Shown: positions 53,517-60,724 of the stretch, in pieces | How the letters are laid out: each line of letters begins with the position of its first letter | How positions within the stretch are numbered: the first letter of the stretch is position 1 | Source of the DNA: Actinomycetota bacterium | Lineage (GTDB): Bacteria; Actinomycetota; Acidimicrobiia; Acidimicrobiales; Ilumatobacteraceae | Assembly: GCA_041184445.1 (NCBI GenBank) | Contig: JBEGJW010000001.1 | Span: 1-60,724 of the forward strand | Length of the DNA: 60,724 nt | Direction: 5' to 3' | Program-made: the position numbers and the translations under genes | Notes under the pieces: model-generated | Told to the model about the DNA's origin: nothing | What the model saw: the letters and a program-made list of their open reading frames with translations, nothing else | The model's database searches: none

Positions 53517-54953
53517 ATGGAAAACGAGCTACAAGTCGACTCTCGCGGCACCGAAAACCACGATGATGTGTGGCGTGCAACCGCTCAAGTTCTGCGTGCC
53601 CAGGTTTCCGAGGCCGTGTGGTTCTCCACATTCAATGATGCGGTTGCTATTGCCGACGACAAAATGAGTCTCCGCCTTCAAGTACCCAACACCTACGTTC
53701 GCGAACGCATTCTTACCCGCTACATGTCGCTCGTGCGCGACGCCCTGGACGAAGTTGGTGCCAGCGAGCGCCAACTCCTCATCGATGTTCAGACCAACAC
53801 CGCTGCCGACGTGAATGAACAGTTGTCCACCACCAACACCCCAGACCATTTGCCAGCCGAACTCAACACTTCACTTAACCAGCCAACGGAAACCACCACA
53901 CTGAAGAGCCGCACAGGCAAAGGCATGGCTGTGGGGTTGAACCCGCGCTACACCTTCGAAACCTTCGTTAAAGGAACTTCCAACCAGTTCGCCTTGGCTG
54001 CAGCTCAACGTGTTGCCGAGACCCCTGGTCGCTCGTACAACCCGTTATTCATTTATGGTTCGGCTGGTCTGGGCAAAACCCACCTGTTGCACGCCATTGG
54101 GTACTACGTCCACCAGAACTATGCCCACTACGAAGTTCGCTACGTCTCAACCGAAACTTTCTTGAACGAATACGTCGACGGCATTCGCAGCAACACCATT
54201 GCTGCCTTTAAGCGTCGCTACCGAGAAGTAGACGTGCTCCTCATTGACGACATTCAGTTCATGGAAGGCAAAGAGGGACTGCAAGAAGAGTTCTTCCACA
54301 CGTTTAACTCACTCCACGGAGCAAACAAGCAAATCGTTATTTCCTCTGACCGCATGCCAGACGCCATTCCCACCTTGGAAGACCGTTTGCGCGGGCGATT
54401 CCGCTGGGGTCTCATCACCGACATTCAGCCACCAGACATGGAAACCCGTTTGGCCATTTTGCGCAACAAGGCTGAACGTGAGCGCACATCGGTATCGCAT
54501 GAAGTGTTGGAATTTATTGCCAGCAACGTCACCACCAACATTCGTGAACTCGAGGGTGCTCTCATCCGGGTTGCCGCTTACGCCAGTTTGAACAAAACCC
54601 AAGTTGATGTGTCATTGGCCAAGCAGTTGCTTACCGACTTGCTCACCCGCACCGCAGTAAAGCCACGCACCGACGAACAGTTGTTGGTTGAAATTGCTGA
54701 TCACCTTGGTTTTGAAGTTGAAGCACTTCGTGGCAAAAGCCGCCAGCGTCCGTTGGTGCAGGCACGACAAACCGCCATGTATGTGTTTCGTGAATTGACC
54801 GACCTTAGCTATCCAGCCATCGCCCGTTTGTTTGGTGGCCGAGACCACACCACCGTTATTCATGCCGTTGATAAAACTCAGCGCATGATGAGCGAGCGCA
54901 AACAGGTGTACGAACAGGTCACCGAACTCGTCCAGAAATTTAAAACGTCGTAA
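53517..54953 (+). CDS. dnaA: Chromosomal replication initiator protein DnaA
   Basis: AAA+ core NPLFIYGSAGLGKTHLLHAIG, DVLLIDDIQF, and the DNA-binding domain (RQTAMYVFRELTDLSYPAIARLFGGRDHTTVIHA). The start is taken at ATG 53517, preceded by GAGGA. The ORF-track start at 53433 adds a non-DnaA-like N-terminus. Confidence 0.96.
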   Translation: MENELQVDSRGTENHDDVWRATAQVLRAQVSEAVWFSTFNDAVAIADDKMSLRLQVPNTYVRERILTRYMSLVRDALDEVGASERQLLIDVQTNTAADVNEQLSTTNTPDHLPAELNTSLNQPTETTTLKSRTGKGMAVGLNPRYTFETFVKGTSNQFALAAAQRVAETPGRSYNPLFIYGSAGLGKTHLLHAIGYYVHQNYAHYEVRYVSTETFLNEYVDGIRSNTIAAFKRRYREVDVLLIDDIQFMEGKEGLQEEFFHTFNSLHGANKQIVISSDRMPDAIPTLEDRLRGRFRWGLITDIQPPDMETRLAILRNKAERERTSVSHEVLEFIASNVTTNIRELEGALIRVAAYASLNKTQVDVSLAKQLLTDLLTRTAVKPRTDEQLLVEIADHLGFEVEALRGKSRQRPLVQARQTAMYVFRELTDLSYPAIARLFGGRDHTTVIHAVDKTQRMMSERKQVYEQVTELVQKFKTS

Positions 54954-55195
54954 ATCATGTTGGGGACAACCATGTGGGCAACAACACAACAACCAGTGGA
55001 TAACCGTGAGTTATGCACGGCTGCTCGAACTACACAATTGCAAGATGTGGTTGCAGCCTCACAGGGTTGTGGGTTCAGTTCCTATATGTCATTTGGTCTT
55101 CATGGTGTTCATCCACAATCCACACCCCTTATTACCGTTATTAAGTCTTTATATAAACATCCACAAATAACAATGAACAACGTTGGCCAAGGAGC
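54954..55195. other. oriC core: DnaA boxes plus an AT-rich unwinding region between dnaA and dnaN
   Basis: Boxes are AGTGGATAA (54995-55003), TTATGCACG (55011-55019), TCATCCACA (55109-55117), CAATCCACA (55116-55124) and ACATCCACA (55157-55165). The AT-rich stretch CTTATTACCGTTATTAAGTCTTTATATAAACA spans about 55127-55160. Confidence 0.75.
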
Positions 55196-55201
55196 ATGGT
55201 G

Positions 55202-56299
55202 ATGAAATTTCGAGTTGAGCGCGAAGTATTGGCAGAGGCCTTAGGTGCAGCGGCTCGAGTTGCATCAACACGTAACAACGCCATGCCGGCATTGTCTGGA
55301 GTGAAGCTTGAAGTTACGGGCGACCAGTTGCTGCTGTCTTGCACCGACAACGATTTGTCGGTGCAGTTTGTGCTTCCAGTTGGCGGCCAAGCCGACGGTG
55401 TCGTCGTAGCAAGCGCAAAACTGTTGAGCGACATTGTTCGCGCAGGAGCCGACGGAAAAGTTACATTCGAATCTTCTGGTGAGGAAGTTCATATTTCTTC
55501 CGGCCGAGCACAAACAACAGTTGCAACATTTGCAGCGAGCGATTTCCCACAGATTGCTCTTGCCAGCGCGCCACCAGTAACACTGTCTGCACCATTGCTC
55601 AGCGAAGCACTTCGTCAAGTTGTTCGTGCAGCAAGTTCCGACATGCAACGGTTGCCATTAACTGGCGTTTTAATGTCAGCAGAACCAGAAGGCCTTCGTC
55701 TTGTTGCAACTGACTCATACCGTTTGGCTGTTCGCGATTTACCAGGAACAAACGTGCTTGGACACGGACAAAAAGTTGTCATTCCAAGCCGCGCACTCGG
55801 CGAACTTCAACGCTTGTTGAACCAAGGCGACGAAGTAACGCTGTGCCTTGCCGAAGATCGAGCAACGTTTGCTGTAGGAAATGCAACTTTGTCCACCAGT
55901 TTGTTACAAGTTGAATTTCCTAACTACCGACAACTTATTCAGCCGTCGTACCCAAACACACTCACGGTTGCTCGTGAAGCATTGCTTGAAGCGGTGCGTC
56001 GCTGTCGAATTTTCGCGCGCGAAACCACTCCAGTCCGCCTAGAGATGACCGCAACTTCATTGAAGTTGTCAGTGATTACTCAAGACATCGGAAACTCCGA
56101 AGAAGAAATTGATTGTTCACTTGAAGGAACAGAAATGACTGTCGGTTTTAACCCTGAGTATCTTGCTGCAGGAATTGAAGCAGTAACTGGTGATGAGATC
56201 ACTATTCAAACCACCGACCCTCAACGCCCAGCAGTACTACGCGGTGTTGGAGCAGAGGATTATCTCTACTTGGTGATGCCACAACGACTTACCGTATAA
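55202..56299 (+). CDS. dnaN: DNA polymerase III subunit beta (sliding clamp)
   Basis: MKFRVEREVLAEALGAAARV...LTGVLM...ATDSYRLAV...LVMPQRL. ATG 55202 lies 7 nt after AAGGAG. In-frame ATG 55196 and GTG 55199 are alternatives. Confidence 0.95.
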   Translation: MKFRVEREVLAEALGAAARVASTRNNAMPALSGVKLEVTGDQLLLSCTDNDLSVQFVLPVGGQADGVVVASAKLLSDIVRAGADGKVTFESSGEEVHISSGRAQTTVATFAASDFPQIALASAPPVTLSAPLLSEALRQVVRAASSDMQRLPLTGVLMSAEPEGLRLVATDSYRLAVRDLPGTNVLGHGQKVVIPSRALGELQRLLNQGDEVTLCLAEDRATFAVGNATLSTSLLQVEFPNYRQLIQPSYPNTLTVAREALLEAVRRCRIFARETTPVRLEMTATSLKLSVITQDIGNSEEEIDCSLEGTEMTVGFNPEYLAAGIEAVTGDEITIQTTDPQRPAVLRGVGAEDYLYLVMPQRLTV

Positions 56300-56321
56300 A
56301 CACAACGTTCCGAGCGACAGC

Positions 56322-57431
56322 GTGATCATTCAACACCTTGAACTCACCAACTTTCGCAACTACGCAGCGACAACAATCGAGTTAACTTCGGGTGTAACTG
56401 CAGTAATTGGAAACAACGGTCAAGGCAAAACCAATCTCGTTGAAGCACTTGGTTATCTAGCGACGCTAAAAAGTTTTCGTGGTGTTCCAAACGAAGCACT
56501 CATTCGCACGGGAAGCGAAAGCGCTGTGTTACGCGCAACGGTTGTACACGCCGACGGCAGAGAAATTTTGATTGAAACCGAGTTGGTGCGCACGGGCCGC
56601 AACCGCTCGTTGGTAAACAAACAGCGTCTTGCGCGTTCTCGAGACTTACTTGGGGTGGTGCGCACCACCGTGTTTTCACCAGAGGACTTGGAGTTGGTGA
56701 AGGCTGCACCAAGTGTGCGCCGCGACTTCATTGATGATGCACTCATTGCGTTGCAACCAAAACTTGATGTGTTGTGTAGTGAAATTGAAAAAGTGTTGCG
56801 CCAACGCAACTCGTTGCTGAAACAAGCGGGTGGCAGGCTGAGCGCCGACATTGCCAGCACGCTCGATGTGTGGGACACCAAGTTGTCTGAATTGGGCACC
56901 GAACTGGGTGACGAACGCGCGCGGCTAATTGCTCAAATTTCTCCACGTGTTACCAAGGCATATGAAGAACTCGCCGAAAAGGCCACGCCAATCGGTTTGG
57001 TGTACGAACCTGAATGGCGACGAATCGGCTTGGCCAACGAACTGGCCACAAACCGACTCGACGACATCCGCCGAGGTACCAGCACAGTTGGACCCCACCG
57101 CGACGACATCGACCTGCTCATTAACGGACTGCCAGCCAGAACCCATGCCTCTCAGGGGGAGCAACGCACCCTGGCTCTAGCCATGAGGTTGGCGGTGCAC
57201 CGCATGGTCACCGAGGAATTCGGCTCAGCGCCGGTGCTCATCCTGGACGATGTGCTGTCTGAACTAGACCCCAGCCGGGCGGCCGCGTTATTACGTCATT
57301 TTCCGGAAGGCCAGGTACTCATCACCACAGCCGGGTACCTTCCCGAGGCCGCTCACCCCGACCGTATTGTGCGTATTCAACAGGGTGCGGTCGTTCAAGA
57401 CAGCACAAATAAGGACAGTTTTCCAGCATGA
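56322..57431 (+). CDS. recF: DNA replication/repair protein RecF
   Basis: LELTNFRNY, Walker A GNNGQGKTNLVEAL, SMC signature SQGEQRTLALAMRLA, and Walker B VLILDDVLSELD. Confidence 0.95.
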   Translation: MIIQHLELTNFRNYAATTIELTSGVTAVIGNNGQGKTNLVEALGYLATLKSFRGVPNEALIRTGSESAVLRATVVHADGREILIETELVRTGRNRSLVNKQRLARSRDLLGVVRTTVFSPEDLELVKAAPSVRRDFIDDALIALQPKLDVLCSEIEKVLRQRNSLLKQAGGRLSADIASTLDVWDTKLSELGTELGDERARLIAQISPRVTKAYEELAEKATPIGLVYEPEWRRIGLANELATNRLDDIRRGTSTVGPHRDDIDLLINGLPARTHASQGEQRTLALAMRLAVHRMVTEEFGSAPVLILDDVLSELDPSRAAALLRHFPEGQVLITTAGYLPEAAHPDRIVRIQQGAVVQDSTNKDSFPA

Positions 57432-57796
57432 GCAATTTCAACAACCCGTCCGAGCAGTCCCTCGAGGAGGATCGGCAAATTGATGCCAGCATGGGCAGCC
57501 TCGGTCGACTGTCCACCGAGTTGAATGCATTGTTGTCTCGACTTGGCTCCGAACCTGCGTCCGTGGTGAACAGTGTGTTTACCGATTGGGTCACACTTGT
57601 CGGCGAACATGTTGCACAACATGTTGCTCCCATCAAACTCGAACACTCTCGGTTGCTTGTCGAAGTGACCGAAGCAGCATGGGCTACTCAAATGCGTTTT
57701 CTTGAACCGCAACTTCTCACAACATTGTCAGCAGCAACATCAAGCAACATTGTTGGTATCGATGTACGCGTAAAGCGCAATTCGCGTAGCAAGTAA
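57428..57796 (+). CDS. DUF721 domain protein (DciA-like, Rv0004 positional ortholog)
   Basis: 122 aa with ATGA overlap with recF. LLVEVTEAAWATQMRFLEPQLLTTL is the DUF721 core. It sits in the conserved recF-DUF721-gyrB position. Confidence 0.8.
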   Translation: MSNFNNPSEQSLEEDRQIDASMGSLGRLSTELNALLSRLGSEPASVVNSVFTDWVTLVGEHVAQHVAPIKLEHSRLLVEVTEAAWATQMRFLEPQLLTTLSAATSSNIVGIDVRVKRNSRSK

Positions 57797-57873
57797 TTGG
57801 TAGACTAAACCGTGTTATTTATGTTGCTCAATCGTGTGTCTCGCTGCATGTTCGGCGCTCTCTTAGAAGGTAA

Positions 57874-59844
57874 GTGATGGCAACCACCAAAGCTCAAAAA
57901 TCGGCAACTGCCGGCTCCGCGTCATATGGCGCAAAAGACATTCAAGTACTCGAAGGCCTAGACCCTGTTCGTAAGCGCCCAGGTATGTACATCGGGTCCA
58001 CAGGGCTCACTGGTTTGCATCACCTCATTTGGGAAATTGTGGACAACTCTGTTGACGAAGCAATGGCCGGATATTGCAACAAAATCACAGTTACTTTGCT
58101 TGCCGATGGCGGTTGCGCAGTAAGCGACAATGGCCGCGGAATTCCTGTTGATCCATACACATCTGGCCAACACAAAGGCAAGAGCGCACTCGAAGTGGTG
58201 CTCACCGTATTGCATGCCGGTGGAAAGTTTGGCGGCGAGGGATACAAAGTTTCTGGTGGTCTACACGGCGTAGGTGTGTCGGTTGTGAACGCACTATCGA
58301 AGCGATTGGTTGCAGTTGTTGATCGCGGTGGCGAACGCTTCAGTCAAGAATTTGTTGATGGTGGAAAACCAAAAGGGAAATTGTCAAAGATTGGTGCATC
58401 ACCAAACAAGTCAGTAACAGGAACAACAGTTTCATTTTGGCCAGACCCAACCATCTTCGCTTCCGAAGGCGTTGAGTTTGTTGCGCGCACGGTAACCGAG
58501 CGTTTGCAAACGATGGCGTTTTTGAACAAAGACTTAGAAGTTGTCTTCAACGATGAACGCGAAGACAAAAAGCAATCCATCACCTATCAATACAAGGGCG
58601 GAATTGTTGACTTTGTTAAGCATTTGAATGCTTCGCGCGAGGCCTTGTTCACCAAGGTTGCTCACTACGAGGGCAGCGACGACGAACAAACCGTCGACAT
58701 CGCACTGCAATGGAATACCGGTTATTACGAGGGTATTTATGGCTATGCCAACGGCATTTCCACCGTTGAAGGCGGCATGCATGTTGAAGGTTTCAAGACT
58801 GCGCTTACCTCGGTGGTCAACAAGTACGCGCGTGCTTCCAATGCGCTGAAGGAAAAAGAAGACAACCTCTTGGGCGAAGACATTCGCGAAGGCATCACCG
58901 CAATTGTCGCGGTAAAACTTCGCGAGCCGCAGTTCGAAGGTCAGACCAAAGCAAAGTTGGGCAACGTTTCTATCCGTTCGTTCGTGCAGAAAGAAACAAA
59001 CGCACGACTTGAAGAGTGGATGCAAGAAAACCCAACCGAAGCAAACCGCATTGTTAAAAAAGCGATCGCTGCTGCACAAGCTCGACTAGCTGCAAAAAAC
59101 GCACGTAACGCTGTACGTCGCAAAACCGCACTCGCAGGTGCAGGTATGCCAGACAAGCTGAAAGACTGCACCAGCACTGATGCAAGTGAAACCGAGTTGT
59201 TCATCGTTGAAGGTGACTCAGCAGGCGGCACAGCAGTAGACGCACGCGATCCGCGCACGCAAGCAATTTTGCCTATTCGCGGAAAAATCCTGAACGTCGA
59301 GCGTGCACGACTCGACAAAATGTTGAAAAACACCGAAATCCAAACACTCATTACCGCAATTGGTGGTGGTATTGGCAACGAAGAATTCGACGCATCAAAG
59401 GCGCGTTATCACAAGGTGGTTATTTTGGCTGACGCCGACGTGGACGGCAGCCACATTCGTACCTTGTTGCTTACATTCTTCTATCGACAAATGAAACCAA
59501 TGGTTGAAAATGGATTCATTTACATCGCGCAACCGCCGTTGTTCTCGACCGAAATTGGTAAAGAAAAGATTTACCTCAAGGACGATGCAGCAAAAGAAAA
59601 GTTCCTTGCCGAACACCCAAACCACAAGAAGGAATTCCAACGCTTGAAGGGTCTTGGCGAAATGGACTGGCAAGAACTTCGTAGCACCACTATGTCAGCC
59701 GACTCACGCACGTTGTTGCAGGTCACAGTCGATGAAGCCGCACTCGCTGAAGACATTATGAGTGTGCTCATGGGTGACGATGTGGAAAGTCGTAAGAAAT
59801 TTATTCAAACGAATGCGCGCGACGTGCGCAACCTCGACTTCTAG
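57874..59844 (+). CDS. gyrB: DNA gyrase subunit B
   Basis: YGAKDIQVLEGLDPVRKRPGMYIGST, GLHHLIWEIVDNSVDEA, the Toprim EGDSAGG, PIRGKILNVE and DADVDGSHIRTLLLTFF. Confidence 0.97.
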   Translation: MMATTKAQKSATAGSASYGAKDIQVLEGLDPVRKRPGMYIGSTGLTGLHHLIWEIVDNSVDEAMAGYCNKITVTLLADGGCAVSDNGRGIPVDPYTSGQHKGKSALEVVLTVLHAGGKFGGEGYKVSGGLHGVGVSVVNALSKRLVAVVDRGGERFSQEFVDGGKPKGKLSKIGASPNKSVTGTTVSFWPDPTIFASEGVEFVARTVTERLQTMAFLNKDLEVVFNDEREDKKQSITYQYKGGIVDFVKHLNASREALFTKVAHYEGSDDEQTVDIALQWNTGYYEGIYGYANGISTVEGGMHVEGFKTALTSVVNKYARASNALKEKEDNLLGEDIREGITAIVAVKLREPQFEGQTKAKLGNVSIRSFVQKETNARLEEWMQENPTEANRIVKKAIAAAQARLAAKNARNAVRRKTALAGAGMPDKLKDCTSTDASETELFIVEGDSAGGTAVDARDPRTQAILPIRGKILNVERARLDKMLKNTEIQTLITAIGGGIGNEEFDASKARYHKVVILADADVDGSHIRTLLLTFFYRQMKPMVENGFIYIAQPPLFSTEIGKEKIYLKDDAAKEKFLAEHPNHKKEFQRLKGLGEMDWQELRSTTMSADSRTLLQVTVDEAALAEDIMSVLMGDDVESRKKFIQTNARDVRNLDF

Positions 59845-59873
59845 CGAGCAATTAGGCGTAAAGGACGTGTGTA

Positions 59874-60724
59874 ATGGCCAGTAAGAAACCAGCAAAAAAA
59901 GCAGCAGCCAAAAAGATTGCTCCGCGTAGCGACAAGTCTGCGGGTAGCAAGACTGCACCAGCAGCAGAAACCGCTTCAGGTACGCCTCCACGTAAACCGC
60001 CTGCAAAGCAGGACGATTTATTCGTGAACCCAGACTCAGTTCAGCCGGTGCAGTTGCAAGACGAAATGGAACGTTCGTTCCTTGACTACGCCATGTCGGT
60101 CATCATGTCGCGCGCTTTGCCTGATGTTCGCGATGGTTTGAAGCCGGTTCACCGCCGAATCATTTGGGACATGGACCAACAGGGTTTCCGTCCAGACCGT
60201 CCATTCGTGAAATGTGCGCGCGTTACCGGCGACACCATGGCGCGATATCACCCACACGGTGATGGCGCTATTTACGATGCGCTTGTTCGCATGGCCCAAC
60301 CGTTTTCGTTGCGCCACCCACTCATCGATTTCCACGGCAACTACGGCTCACCAGACTTTGGTCCGGCAGCCAGTCGTTACACCGAATCTCGTTTGCACCC
60401 ACTAGCAATGCAGTTGCTCGCCGATATCGACGAAGACACAGTCGACCTCATTGCCACCTATGACGGCACCGCAGAAGAACCAATTGTGTTGCCTGCTCGT
60501 TTCCCCAACCTTTTGGTGAACGGTAGCCAAGGCATTGCAGTAGGTATGGCAACCAGCATTCCTCCTCACAACTTGGGCGAAGTAGTGGATGCAACGTTGC
60601 ACCTCATTGACAACCCAGAAGCAACAACCGGCGACCTCATGAAGTTTGTGAAAGGCCCAGACTTCCCAACTGGCGGTCTCATTCTTGGTCGTGACGGAAT
60701 CAAAGACGCCTATCAAACCGGACG
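59874..60724 (+). CDS. gyrA: DNA gyrase subunit A, 3' end cut by the window edge
   Basis: This gene is absent from the ORF track because there is no stop in the window. The frame is open from ATG 59874 (AAAGGA SD) to the end. It carries [46 protein letters not shown] and [18 protein letters not shown]. The first 50 codons are a K/A/P-rich extension. In-frame GTG 60024 is an alternative start. Confidence 0.93.
   Translation, partial: MASKKPAKKAAAKKIAPRSDKSAGSKTAPAAETASGTPPRKPPAKQDDLFVNPDSVQPVQLQDEMERSFLDYAMSVIMSRALPDVRDGLKPVHRRIIWDMDQQGFRPDRPFVKCARVTGDTMARYHPHGDGAIYDALVRMAQPFSLRHPLIDFHGNYGSPDFGPAASRYTESRLHPLAMQLLADIDEDTVDLIATYDGTAEEPIVLPARFPNLLVNGSQGIAVGMATSIPPHNLGEVVDATLHLIDNPEATTGDLMKFVKGPDFPTGGLILGRDGIKDAYQTG

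Overview
This window looks like an origin-proximal segment of a compact, ~50% GC Actinomycetota chromosome, and coding density is very high. The right third carries the classic actinobacterial oriC neighbourhood: cca, a DUF6049-like gene, trxB-trxA-cwlM, parB-parA (minus), two parS palindromes, rsmG-jag-yidC-yidD-rnpA-rpmH (minus), then dnaA, the oriC DnaA-box/AT-rich region, dnaN-recF-DUF721(DciA)-gyrB-gyrA. The middle carries dnaB-rplI-rpsR-ssb-rpsF, an HspR/HAIR-controlled dnaK-grpE-dnaJ-hspR-clpB operon, purA-purB-pyrE, and a tRNA Glu-Asp-Phe cluster. The left third carries a whiB7-like gene with a leader, tlpA/ccdA, pdxH, serS, an ABC exporter, and a long minus-strand respiratory operon, ctaB ... 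ctaC-ctaD-ctaE-ctaF-ctaG, encoding a caa3-type oxidase. The most unusual element is a three-gene insert between ctaB and ctaC. It encodes full-length paralogs of heme-copper oxidase subunits I, III and II whose heme and copper ligand residues are almost all substituted (a 'ghost oxidase' module). Other notable signals are: (1) a uORF plus intrinsic-terminator attenuator in front of whiB7; (2) a perfect 15-bp inverted repeat bracketing the three-tRNA cluster; (3) a tRNA-Phe with a non-canonical T-loop; (4) two variant parS sites, one inside the rsmG coding sequence; (5) a DnaA-box trio in the cwlM/parB convergent spacer; (6) a cwlM homolog whose conserved N-terminus has no canonical start codon, with ATT plus a good SD as the candidate. 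I saw no rRNA genes, CRISPR arrays, transposases or integrases. All calls come from reading the sequence and translations by eye; no database searches were run.
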